From positions 1 through 64,000 of the forward strand of contig JAUCBJ010004840.1 in the NCBI GenBank assembly GCA_032718475.1: a stretch of 64,000 nucleotides of DNA, written 5' to 3'. A program made the translations under genes and the position numbers. The DNA is from Nemertoderma westbladi. Taxonomy: Eukaryota > Animalia > Xenacoelomorpha. Of the stretch, positions 1 through 11,753 are shown piece by piece (position 1 is the stretch's first letter; every line of letters starts with the position of its first letter). Under the pieces are notes generated by a model. It was given only the letters and a program-made list of their open reading frames with translations, made no database searches and was not told where the DNA came from.

Positions 1-1204
1 TTTAGAGTATATCTCACATATACTGTAGCACCATTCAGAGCACAGTGTCCCATAAAATGTTTAAAGAGTTTTTATTTATAATAATAAAGGACTATTATTC
101 GTTAAAAAAAAGTAAGCGGAACTCACCGCTTTTTTCACTGATTTTCAAGTTAGCGAAATTCAACTATTTCTGTCTATAGTGTTTTCCGTTACGTTTTTAT
201 ATCGAATATATTGTTTTATTTGAAAAAATATCACCACCGTTACTTATTTGTACCAACGGGGACCAACATTTTTTGCAATTGGTTTTCGTGGGGGGGGGGG
301 GGGGGGGGGGGGGGGGCTAGGCCGCTTGGGGCCTAGCCTAGCTAGGTTAAGTTGCTACTGCCGGGGGCCCGAAACATTCATAATCCGTCCCTGGAGACAG
401 GTGGGACTCCGGTTGCACTTTTAACAAATTGTAACACCCTTACCGTAGTATCAACAGCGATTTATATGTTGTACCGGTATTACACTATCACTGCAGGAGA
501 AAACGGGTGAAAAGACAGTTAGTACATTCAATGGCGAAATAATATAGGCTCTACAGAGATTGTATGGAATTTGAAACAGAGATAGTTTCACCTCCCTCCT
601 CCTCCGTGGGTGTGCCAGAATTTTTATTTTTGCTTTCAATCTTTAGCTACAAGTGTTTGAAAAAGGTGTCTCCGTCGCTATTGCACCAGTTGTCATCGCC
701 GGTATTCTTCAACCTTATAGTGATTTGTTGGGACTAGTTGGAAAGCTGGCCATGCAAGGATTCCAAATATGTAAACATATTCTGAATTTGGTTGGGGAAT
801 AGCTGAGGTATGGGCGTTCGTAATGTTGCATGTATTTGCTTCCCCTGCACGCTGAAATTCCATTTATTCTATTTAATAAATACACACATGTTCTAGAACA
901 TTTTGTTTAATCCCATACGTAGCTGGGCAACATTAGTTCTAAACACTGAAACCGATATTAAACTGAATTACAAAACTGAAATTATTGAAATAAATTACAA
1001 TTTGGAAATTAAGTTATTTTTCCGTTTTTACAACATTTAATTCTCCTTGCGAAGAAAAAAATGGGTCATTTCTTTTCAATATTAAAAAATGTATGACTGA
1101 CTATCCTTGCAATTGAACACAATCAATTCTCCTACCTACAGCAGTGCATGGATATAACGATACAATAAATTAATTGAGAGCCAAACTTTAAAGTGTGGCC
1201 TGTA

Positions 1205-2395
1205 CTGGGGTGTCGTCGCGTTACGGCTAATGTCGCGTTGCGGCTAATTTTTTGAGAGATTAGCCGTAACGCGAGTTCAAAGTCGCGATACGGCTACTCT
1301 AAAAGTCGCGTTACGGCCAATTTTTTGAGAGATTAGCCGTAACGCGAGTTCAAAGTCGCGATACGGCTACTCTAAAAGTCGCGTTACGGCTAATCTATTG
1401 TGTTGGTTTTACATAGTGAATCATTATCAATATTATTCTAGGGTGTTTACGTACAGATGAGGTCCGAAAATGTAATGTAATAATGTTTTACAGCATGGGA
1501 GTCTCGCGGGGGGGGGGGGGGGGGGGGGATTTTACCATCTTTCATCTTTCATACTGTTTGTTCTTCGACAACCTCCATTCAATATTTCAATATAATATTG
1601 TATTCTATGGTATTCTTAGTCACAGCCTCAAGCACAGATACGGATTAAAGCCGATAATAGCAGCCAAATAAGCAATGTTTTGTGGAACATATTCCACTAC
1701 TTCATATCGATGTTGTTAACCAACTCCTGGTTCACTACCTGGACCATATGGCGTTCTGTTTGGGGACTGACAAGCAGACAATGGCCGTCCTTCCGGCCAC
1801 CGATCACCCAGTTGAAGGTCCAGCTGCATTGGGAGGGGGGTGGTGATCCCGACTGGAATGTTGGTGTAGTGATCCACCCCTTCGCGGCCGAACCATTCCA
1901 ACCCACCCCACCCCCGTACAACCCCTTCGCGGCCGAACCATTCCAACCCACCCCCGAACAACCCCTTCGCGGCCGAACCATTCCAACCCACCCCCGAATC
2001 CTTCCAACCCACCCCACCACCGAACCAAATGCCATACGCGGGCGATCACTGGTTAGTTTTAGATGCTTTTCATTTGATTATTATAATGATAAATTCAAAG
2101 TGCACTATTTCGGCAATATACTGAATATACTTTCGACCAAGATACCCATGGTACTGTGTACTGTGGTACTCAATACAACAATAATAATACAGTAATTAAG
2201 TTTTTTTAGTAAAAATCCCCCCCCCCCCCACCCTGGATACTGCCATGCTGTAAAACATTATAACATTATATTTTACGAACCTTTCTCATCTGTACGTAAA
2301 CACCATAGAATAATATTGATAATGATTCCCTATGTAAAACCAAGACAATAGATTTGCCGTAACGCGACATTAGCCGTACCGCCACTGCGCCCCTG
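1205..2395. mobile_element. Non-autonomous TA-flanked DNA transposon (MITE, Tc1/mariner-pogo-like) with long imperfect inverted arms
   Basis: TA|CTGGGGTGTCGTCGCGTTACGGCTAATGTCGCG ... CGCGACATTAGCCGTACCGCCACTGCGCCCCTG|TA. Region 1390-1620 is the inverse of ~2140-2360. Internal direct repeats lie at 1250-1390 and 1877-2010. Confidence 0.7.
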
Positions 2396-2502
2396 TACTG
2401 GTACTCTGACAGTTTGTAAACAATGAACTGAAATCCACAGCCGAATTTCTATGATATGGTAAACTGAATCTGTAACTGGAACTGAAGTTCAGCACAAGTG
2501 TC

Positions 2503-2826
2503 CCAGTGTCCGAGCGGATACAGTGACCGAACTGCCGTCGTCGGTATGTCGGCGCAGGTTCACTTAAGTAAGTATAAATAAATATTGCACTGTTGTGTCC
2601 TTAAGCACGATACTTAGCCATTATAGACCCAGCGGTACAACGGTAACCTGACTACTGCAGAAGCCGGGGAGTAAAGAAAGAGTTCGGTTGGATATATTTT
2701 TTTAATGAGTGTTCATGTTCACCCTTGGGAGTTAGTGTGGCGCACTCCCGGCTTTAGCGGTAACCACCAAGGAGCCCACCGGTGTTTCCCGTTCCACGTT
2801 CCACTCGTTCACCGATACTTTACTTA
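2503..2826 (+). mobile_element. Probable tRNA-derived SINE
   Basis: A-box-like GTGTCCGAGCGG, degenerate B-box GCAGGTTCAC, central TGTTGTGTCCTTAAGCACGATACTT (resembles the conserved GTGTCCTTG.GCAAG.CACTT SINE box), and a TACTTTTACTT tail. Confidence 0.5.
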
Positions 2827-3293
2827 GGGCAGAGTCAGGATGTATTGAGTTTCATAGTAACGAATTAAAATAGGAATGTGTAACAGGTGTTTCCTTTTTT
2901 TCCTTTTTTTTTAGAACGTTTCCTTTTTTTCCTTTTTTTTAGAACGTTTCCTTTTTTTCCTTTTTTTCCTTTTTTCCTGATTTTTCTCCATTTTCACACA
3001 TATTTTTCCTCATTTTTTGGTTCAGAAGATCAACTTCAGCTTGCTGATGATATTGACAAGGTTATAACAGAGATTGACGGGCATAATAATGCTTCTGTTA
3101 ATAAAATATAATGTTTACTATCGTTTTTTTTAAAGATAATATCAATTAAGTTTTTCCCTTTTTTTGAACCGTGTCCGATCCTTTTCCTTCTTCTTTTTTT
3201 TTTTGAAAATATAAATTCCTTTTTTCCTTTTTTTCATCGATTTTTTTGGCTGCGAGGGCTGGTGTAATTAATAAATATACAATAATAACGAAC

Positions 3294-3514
3294 TTACCAG
3301 ATAGTAGAGTAATGACGTCATCGGGTTTCAACGCTGAAGGTCCGACGGCGTTCTCCGCTAGACATAGAAGGCAGTGGAGATTTTCGCTGAATCCGAGTTT
3401 AACGGCGGCGCGGAAGGCGTGTAGTATGGCGGCGGCGCCGCCACAGTCCCTCTTCATTCCTACGATTCCCGCTTTTGTTTTCATGGATAAACCGCCGGTG
3501 TCGAACACTATACC
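3294..3514 (-). CDS. NPEPL1: NPEPL1 exon 5 (M17 catalytic motifs); gene continues leftwards, probably out of the window
   Basis: GIVFDTGGLSMK...MKRDCGGAAA...CLAENAVGP...KPDD...SGK. The donor is at either 3297 (GTAAGT) or 3293 (GTTCGT). The expected next exon (NTDAEGRL) was not seen in 1-3290. Confidence 0.9.
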
Positions 3515-3612
3515 CTATCGGAAAAACACAACAAACAATTCCAGTTTGCTCCAAACAATTATTACCTTAAATCATAAAAAAAATTTGAAAACTAATTTTC
3601 TCGCTAACTTAC

Positions 3613-3795
3613 CTTTCCGACCCAAGCTATAGTCCGTTTGGCCCCCTCGGGTTTGTGACTAAGTATAGCTAATGCGGGAGGGAATACGGCGCCTTTACCG
3701 ACACTGTATATACCGTTGAGCCCGAGTGAAGCAAGCTCTTCCCCGCGAATAATATCCGGAGTTATAGACAGTTCCTCACCAACACGTTTAACTTC
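3613..3795 (-). CDS. NPEPL1: NPEPL1 exon 4
   Basis: TTTCAG acceptor, EVKRVGEEL...GIYSVGKGA..PPAL...IAWVGK, 183 nt, GTAAGT donor. Confidence 0.92.
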
Positions 3796-3914
3796 CTGAA
3801 ACAATAAAATATTCGCTGAGTGTATTTATCTGTATCAATAATATCATTCACACACACACAAACACTCACAATCAACTGGTACTCATCTCCTACAGCCAGT
3901 TACTCACCTCTATA

Positions 3915-4775
3915 CAGGGTGTACCGGGTTGGGAAGGTAACCTATTGGTACATCTGGGGTCGTCTCCATTATATTCCCGATAAAATGGTTGCGGTCATCG
4001 ACTTGTTTATGAAAGGGCACTCATGTGTCGATGACATTCGGTATTCCCGTGTCGACACTTTCGAAGAGAGTTATGAGAAGGAGTGGTACAGCTGTCACTC
4101 AACTCAAATTAGACCGCGGGCGCGCAACAGAACCGGTACTTGGACACTCGCATCCCCAAGAATCGTTGACAATGCGGTGGAAACATCCTTTAAATGGATT
4201 AGTGAACGGCTCTACTGATGTTAGCGATGGTTCGCGTTGCAAAGTAGAACAGGAACCGCTATTGTTTGCAAGAAATATAGTCGAAGATAACGATGTGATG
4301 GTAGGTGATAATCGAGGGTATTGATGACGGATTTGACCAATTGGAAGGAACCGGTGAAGAAATTCCTGAAACTAATGAAGTTTACGAATCTATTTTAAGT
4401 GACTGTCTGGAATCCTACAGCCAGGAGGTTGACGTTTCAACAGCAAATATATACTATGCCGGTACCTTATCAGAATACGTAGATAGAGATAAACTTCGAA
4501 TGGAACTGATGAGCGCTGCCATAACCGGTTTCGTGTCTCCATGTTCTCAGGGTGTTTGCTGATTGTGCCACCTAAACCAATCCTCCACATTGCAATTGCA
4601 AAGCGAAACTCACACGAAAATGACCGCCATAGTGCCGGCCTTGCAGAACAACAACATTCAACTTTGAATGGGTGTAGGTAAGTAGGCCTATGTGTCTGTT
4701 AGATTCGTAAATCCGACCTCCTCCTCTCAATCCGGACATGACAGAATAAGAACTTTAGATTTTCCTCTGTAAGTA
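3915..4775 (+). other. ~860-bp insertion splitting the 42-bp array; coding-like but unassigned
   Basis: Array sequence lies on both sides (CTCTATA|CAGGGTG...CCTCTG|TAAGTAAAGTGGTCGG). It contains overlapping broken ORFs at 3820-4562. Confidence 0.45.
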
Positions 4776-4777
4776 AA

Positions 4778-6462
4778 GTGGTCGGTCTTCCTCTCTTACT
4801 TCCAGTTACTCATCTCTATAAAGTGGTCGGTATTCCTCTCTTACAGCCAGTTACTCATCTCTATCAAGTGGCCGGTCTTCCTCTCTTACAGCCAGTTACT
4901 CAACTCTATAAAGTGGTCGGTATTCATATATTACAGCCAGTTACTCAACTCTATAAAGTGGTCTGTATTCATATATTACAGCCAGTTACTCACCTCTTAT
5001 AAAGTGGTCGGTATTCATATATTACAGCCAGTTACTCACCTCTATAAAGTGGTCGGTATTCCTCTCTTACAACCAGTTACTCATCTCTATAAAGTGGTCG
5101 GTATTCATATATTACAGCCAGTTACTCATCTCTATAAAGAGGTCGGTATTCATATATTACAGCCAGTTACTCACCTCTATAAAGTGGTCGGTATTCCTCT
5201 CTTACAACCAGTTACTCATCTCTATAAAGTGGTCGGTATTCATATATTACAGCCAGTTACTCACCTCTATAAAGAGGTCGGTATTCATCTCTTACAGCCA
5301 GTTACTCACCTCTATAAAGTGGTCGGTATTCATATATTACAGCCAGTTACTCACCTCTATAAAGAGGTCGGTATTCAGATATTACAGCCAGTTACTCACC
5401 TCTATAAAGAGGTCGGTATTCATCTCTTACAGCCAGTTACTCACCTCTATAAAGTGGTCGGTATTCATATATTACAGCCAGTTACTCATCTCTATAAAGT
5501 GGTCGGTATTCATCTCTTACAGCCAGTTACTCATCTCTATAAAGTGGTCGGTATTCATATATTACAGCCAGTTACTCACCTCTATAAAGAGGTCGGTATT
5601 CATCTCTTACAGCCAGTTACTCACCTCTATAAAGTGGTCGGTATTCATATATTACAGCCAGTTACTCATCTCTATAAAGTGGTCGGTATTCAGATATTAC
5701 AGCCAGTTACTCACCTCTATAAAGAGGTCGGTATTCATCTCTTACAGCCAGTTACTCACCTCTATAAAGTGGTCGGTATTCATATATTACAGCCAGTTAC
5801 TCATCTCTATAAAGTGGTCGGTATTCATATATTACAGCCAGTTACTCATCTCTATAAAGTGGTCTGTATTCATATATTACAGCCAGTTACTCACCTCTAG
5901 AAAGTGGTCGGTATTCATATATTACAGCCAGTTACTCACCTCTAGAAAGTGGTCGGTATTCATCTCTTACAGCCAGTTACTCATCTCTATAAAGTGGTCG
6001 GTATTCATATATTACAGCCAGTTACTCACCTCTAGAAAGTGGTCTGTATTCATATATTACAACCAGTTACTCATCTCTATAAAGTGGTCTGTATTCATAT
6101 ATTACAGCCAGTTACTCATCTCTATAAAGTGGTCGGTATTCAGATATTACAGCCAGTTACTCACCTCTATAAAGAGGTCGGTATTCATCTCTTACAGCCA
6201 GTTACTCACCTCTAGAAAGTGGTCGGTATTCATCTCTTACAGCCAGTTACTCAACTCTATAAAGTGGTCGGTATTCATATATTACATCCAGTTACTCACC
6301 TCTTATAAAGTGGTCGGTATTCATATATTACAGCCAGTTACTCACCTCTATAAAGAGGTCGGTATTCATCTCTTACAGCCAGTTACTCATCTCTATAAAG
6401 TGGTCGGTATTCATATATTACAGCCAGTTACTCACCTCTAGAAAGTGGTCGGTATTCATCTC
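4778..6462 (-). repeat. 42-bp tandem array (~40 copies) made from the NPEPL1 exon 3 end plus its 5' splice donor
   Basis: Minus-strand unit GAGATGAATACCGACCACTTTATAGAG|GTGAGTAACTGGCTGTAA. The first copy is the real exon end. One stranded copy remains at 3878-3914. Confidence 0.95.
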
Positions 6463-6690
6463 GGCACAGGGAGAATCTACAATCTTGGCGGCTTGTCGGA
6501 TCGACTCCGCCGCTTCCGTTAAACATTTTACATTATCCTCCGAAATCTCATCTCCTCCAGGTATATAAAACTCCACTTTAAGTATCCGTCTGTCGTCCCC
6601 TTTATTGGACGTAGACTTTCTGTTATAGAGCGGGAAAGCTCTCGATACGGCACAACCAAGGGGGAATACATCAGATGCCTCGCAGACAAC
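6436..6690 (-). CDS. NPEPL1: NPEPL1 exon 3
   Basis: Translated by hand (not in the ORF track): VVCEASDVFPLGCAVSRAFPLYNRKS...AAKIVDSPCAEMNTDHFLE, 255 nt, TAG acceptor, GAG|GTGAGT donor. Confidence 0.9.
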
Positions 6691-6821
6691 CTATTGGGAA
6701 GTCACATTAAAATACAGAATTAGAAAAACTGATATAGAGGTATGACATAGACCTACGGGTAACGGTATGATTTTGTTACGTAGAACAATATATTACAAAG
6801 AGAAGAGACAAACAGACGTAC

Positions 6822-7007
6822 CAACAAGGTCTCTGACTTTGCTCCACACCAGAGTCCACGGACCAGTTTGGTTAGGCAGTGGGCCCGTGAAGGTGCGTTA
6901 TGACGACTACACTTGTTTGTAAGGGCTCCCACTGCAATCCTCTTCAACCATAATGAGCAGTCGTCGGTTGGGCAGGGATTCAGACTCTTTATAGCTGAAT
7001 GGAAGGT
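6822..7007 (-). CDS. NPEPL1: NPEPL1 exon 2
   Basis: TAG acceptor, 186 nt, phase 0/0, TFHSAIKSLNPCPTDDCSLWL...CSRHNAPSRAHCLTKLV, GTACGT donor. The SRHNxPS motif is typical of NPEPL1. Confidence 0.9.
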
Positions 7008-7455
7008 CTAAGAAGAGGGAATGTAAAGAAAGTGTTAAAGAATGACAGTCTATTATTAGCTCATCCCCAACAGCAAAACAGCCCGTCTATTTACAGATTT
7101 AGGGCTGGTTTACTTCCAAATGTCAACATTAGCCCATGTCTGTACTGTGTACTGTCTGACTGTACTGTAAGTTAACAGGATAAGTACGGAAGTAGGCCTA
7201 ATGCTGTAAAGGGACCAGGGAACGCCCTCTTGGCTCTTGCCATTGTGCTGCCAGCCTAATGGCAGCGAGCTAAGCAAGGCTATAACTGTACAAGAGAGGA
7301 GGTACCGGCTGACCGGTATTATGAGAATTGATAATGTCAGAATGTAGGCCTATGCTGCTATGCTATGATGGAAGTATGATAATTTTAATAATATATATTA
7401 CATAAACAGATAATACTGTAGGTGTAGCATAACTCGTAACTGTAAAATAACTAAC

Positions 7456-7605
7456 CTCTTTATTGACTTTATCACCAAATTTACCTTGGACCACTTCATA
7501 TGGCAATTTGATTAAATTATTTACTTGCCCTGCTATGATAACGGGTGTATCTTCTGGGTTAGAATTCGAAATACCGGAACAGAATTCTAAATGGACATTG
7601 GCCAT
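7456..7605 (-). CDS. NPEPL1: NPEPL1 exon 1 (probable aminopeptidase NPEPL1, M17 family)
   Basis: ATG at 7605 gives MANVHLEFCSG...KVNKE (150 nt), then a GTTAGT donor. It resembles the vertebrate NPEPL1 N-terminus (MANV.L.F) as recalled. Confidence 0.9.
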
Positions 7606-8104
7606 GACTAAGTAAGTAGGCCTAACTATTGCTGAATTCTGGAATTGTAGTACCGGTAACTAACGTATAGTGTATAGATAGGGATATATAGTGTAACCTG
7701 TAACCAGTTTTGTCAGTTACCGATACTGACAGTAGATACCGGTACTGTCTGACAGGCTGATTAACAGGTGAATTCTCACCGCATCTTGATTGGTTAATGT
7801 ATAATATTATATTAATTTAAGATAAGATAATAAAGTTCATATCGGCCGTTCGATGTAAAATTATGTTGAAAGACGGGCAGCCAATCATATGCGAGTATTG
7901 GTATTCTTCCAGCATACGCCACATACAGCCTAAGCTAAGCTTTGGTGTGTCCTTTGTAGGTCTGAGTGTTCAGATTATCTGATTCATAAAATTACTACAT
8001 TCTTTTAAACAATTTCTACGCGACTTTTCTTTCTTTTCCGCTCATCTTTACTCTCGAGATAGATGTCACGTTGAGGTTGAAGTAAGCGGCTACTTCCTGA
8101 TAGC

Positions 8105-8391
8105 GCCCTTGTGAAGAATACCAGGATTTCACTATTCGGTCGACTTTTTATTGGAATTTTATATATGAAGATTTTTTATTTTTTTTAATTTATCTTTATT
8201 AAGTGTTTTATAGCGCTTATTTCTGCCTTATAACCTGTACATATACTAATTAGTTTATTGTTTTGGTTAGATTCAGCGTCAGCCCCTCTGTAAAGTGTAA
8301 ACTGTGTTTTTGGTGAAAACCTGGTATTCTTCACATGGGGAACTGCAAAGTGAAATATAACGGCAGAAAGTCTGGTATTCTTCACATGGGC
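8105..8391. mobile_element. MITE with 9-bp TSD (Mutator-like), copy 1
   Basis: TIR GCCCTTGTGAAGAATACCAG / CTGGTATTCTTCACATGGGC. Exact TSD CCTGATAGC at 8096-8104 and 8392-8400. Confidence 0.85.
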
Positions 8392-8863
8392 CCTGATAGC
8401 GTATATAGCGTATTATTCAACTCAAACGATATCAGCTCGATTTCAGCACCCCATCATCAGTAGGCAGGCCTACCTGTGCTTTATTTGGTTTGCCAGTATA
8501 GATTACAAAATATATGAATCCAATAATTAATTACACTACGTTATTGTGAACTCCCTAATTTCGCAGGTATCAGTTTTTCATTATCACTACAGTACCAGTT
8601 TGCCGAGATATTCTTAACCTTTTTTTATTAATTAAGACGACCGATTCAAGGAAGTCATTTGAAGTTCATCGAGTCCATGATGTAGTTTCCGCAAACGTTT
8701 AATTCCAAAGTGTCAGACATTGTTAGAGGACACTCTCATACTGTTAGAGTAGTTATGTACAATATGTACATACAGTAGGTTCTTCTTTTTCGTTTTTTTT
8801 TTTTTTTAAATTGAATGACACTGTATTCCACACACTCTAAAATAAATTACTTTTCGTTATCTC

Positions 8864-9170
8864 GCCCATGTGAAGAATAACATGATTTAACTTTTCGGTC
8901 GACTTCTTATTGGAATTTTATATATGAAGATATTTTATTTTTTTTAATTTATCTTTATTAATTGTTTTATAGCGTTTATTTCTGTCTTATACTGTAACCT
9001 GTACATATGCTAATTCGTTTATTGTTTTGGATGAATTCAGCCCTTCTGTAACCTGTGTTTTTGGTGAAGAAACCAAAAATGTGTGATCTGTTTTTTTCTG
9101 TGATTCTTCACATGGGGGTAACTGCAAAGTGAAATATAACGGTAGAAAGTCTGGTATTCTTCACATGGGC
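8864..9170. mobile_element. Same MITE family, copy 2
   Basis: Same TIRs and internal sequence as 8105-8391. The flanks CGTTATCTC / CTCTATCTT are only a partial TSD match. Confidence 0.8.
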
Positions 9171-10489
9171 CTCTATCTTGTAACAATGGAAAATTGTCTT
9201 CCTACTGTCACGCTGTGCATTCCGATACAGGTATGGGCGGGTGGAATATGGCACCGGCATTACGGTAAGCCACCCAGAAGAAGAACACCATTAACATTAG
9301 GGAGAGACTGTATGACTAAGGAACCGATAGGTCTGGTCTACAACTTGCTACACTACAATATAAGATATCTGTATTTCTTATGCGATATGGCAGTATATGA
9401 GCCGATCGCTAATCGCTAACTACGAATATTCGTCGATACAATCCCAATTATAACCAGAAAACAGTATCCAACAATTTTATTGCCAAAGCATGATAGGATG
9501 GGAGTAGTAAACAGCTGTACTGTACTACAAACACTAGGCCTACTACATGTAAGTCTTCCTCTTACTGTGACAGAATTCTGCCATAATTATATCTCTGATT
9601 TTTTTTTCTTGCATAAACATTCGACATTCAACTCGACACCTTTAAATCCGGCAAAATTATTAGGCTCCGCCAACTTTGTGGCTCGCCCCACAATACCACA
9701 CCAATCTTAACACTCTATTTGCCTTATTTTAGCCTGCTAGTGGATCGAGTTTGCTCAGTACACATGTAAACTCATTAAATAGTTGACCTTTATTCCCTCT
9801 GAATAGTAAAACTAAATAAACCTCCATCATACAAAATTGTTTTAAATTGTTCTTTGCCTCTTTTATAATGAGACTTACTTGCCAAATTTAATAATGCAAA
9901 ATACATTATTGCAAATATTTTTTATTTACTTTGAACAAACATATGGTACCATAGGTAATGTTAATAATTAGATAACATTAAATTAAGAGATTTTTGTTGA
10001 ACCACCAACACAAGTAAAGCATTAATTAATAAGTACAGTTAATTAATTTCAAGGAATTAGTAAAATCAATTTGCTTAAAGAAACATGATGATGATGTTAC
10101 CTAATTAAAAATAGCTAGGGTTTGGAGAGCTAGGGTTGTCTATGGGGTTTGGAGATGCCAAGTTACTGTAATTTAAGTAACTCTTATCTTTCTTTAAACT
10201 GTAAATCATCCAACAGTCAAAATCAATGCTGCTCAAGGCAGGAGCCTGGGCCTATACTTACTGAACATAACTGCAATGTATCGTCGGTACTACTGTAGTA
10301 CCCCAGTACTGGTGGCCCTGGAGGGCCATAATATCGTGGTTTTCATGATAACAGGATTGGCGCTGATGGGCCGTGTCACGTGTATTTTTTCCTTACACTG
10401 AAATTGTTTTTGTCTCATGGACATCCAGGTTATCCGGGACACCCCACTAATTTTATTCATTAATTTCTGTATACATTTTTTACTACAGT

Positions 10490-10800
10490 ATTTATTATTA
10501 TATATTTATTATATATTATTTTTATATATTTATTTTTATTTGTCTAATTTATTTTTATTTTTTTTAATTTATATTTTAATTTATTTATTTTAATGTATAT
10601 GTTATATATTTATTTTTATTTATTTATTTATTTATTTTAATTTATATGTTATATATTTATTTTAATTTATTTATTTTCTTATTTATTTTCTTATTAATTT
10701 TTATTTATTTATTTATAAATTTTTTATTTATTTTCTTATTAATTTTTATTTATTTATTTATATATTTTTTATTTATTTTTTTTATTTTATTATATTATTT
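10490..10800. repeat. A/T low-complexity (TTTA/TATT) tract
   Basis: Almost exclusively A/T, with degenerate TTTA repeats. Confidence 0.85.
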
Positions 10801-11188
10801 CTTTGTTATGAAATTGATGGCCTCAATGGGTCACCATATATACTGTTCTATTGAGTTTGAGAATCTAAGTTTACAGTGGAGGGCTATGGAGTGAATGCCT
10901 TCGGAACAAGGAAGTGACACAAAAGTAGGCAGACCTAATTTAATGCTTTATCAGCCACATGATGATGTTGTACCTACACTACACCTGCAGTGTAGTTGTA
11001 GTATAGGAGGCCTATCTCGTGTCTGAATACGAAATACGAAATTCAAAACCGGTAGTAGTGCCGAGCAAATGTGTGGTGGTCTACAATTTTCATAAAGGTT
11101 TAAGACTATATAGTATTAGATAATATATTGTATATACAGTAGTATTATATTATTAATTATTTTATTTGTAAACCAGCTATATAAATAA

Positions 11189-11753
11189 ATGGGATTTGGC
11201 AAAAATAGATTTCATTGTGAGATTAGCGACGAACTGCTTTGTCCTATATGTACGGACGTTCTAGAATCCCCTCTCTACTCCCCTAACTGCGACCACACTT
11301 TCTGCAAGGAATGTATAACACCATGGGTGAAACAGAACGCACGCTGCCCTTTGGACCGGACCAAACTCATTGAGAAACAACTGATAGCTGCGCCACGGAT
11401 TGTGCGAAACCTGCTGTCTCAGCTGTTAATACTTTGTGACTTCGATGATCAAGGTTGCCGTCTGATGGGCCACATTGAAGATCTGCATAGACACCGAATC
11501 TTGTAGTTTCAACCCTTTCCTCAAGATAGAATGCAACTTGGGTTGCGGGTTAATGGTTCCCAAGAACGAAATGGTGTCCCACAACTGTGTAATGGAACTG
11601 CGCAAAGTCGTCAGCAAACTCACTGATAGAGTTCAATCCCTGGAGAACGAAGTTGAAAGGAGTAATAAGTCGGCCAGATTAGAAACATTAGAGAACCAAC
11701 TGAAAAAGATGGAAGTCGGTCTGCGCTTGAATGGACTTACATTGAATTTATAA
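11189..11753 (+). pseudogene. Intronless NRDP1/RNF41(RNF151)-like RING + zf-TRAF + coiled-coil gene with a frameshift near 11492
   Basis: MGF...RF...DELLCPICTDVLESP...CDHTFCKECI..W.....CPLDR...PRIVRNLLSQL.I.C is followed, in another frame, by ESCSFNP...CNLGCGLMVPKNEM.SHNCVMELR, collinear with the NRDP1 N-terminal half. The C-terminal USP8-binding domain is not seen. A sequencing indel is possible. Confidence 0.75.

Noticed and set aside
4778-5900. 298-aa repeat ORF (VGIHILQPVTHLYK)n
   Set aside because: It is the antisense reading of the 42-bp donor array inside NPEPL1 intron 3.
10646-10894. Hydrophobic 82-aa ORF (also 2887-3111)
   Set aside because: It is a translation of T-rich low-complexity sequence.
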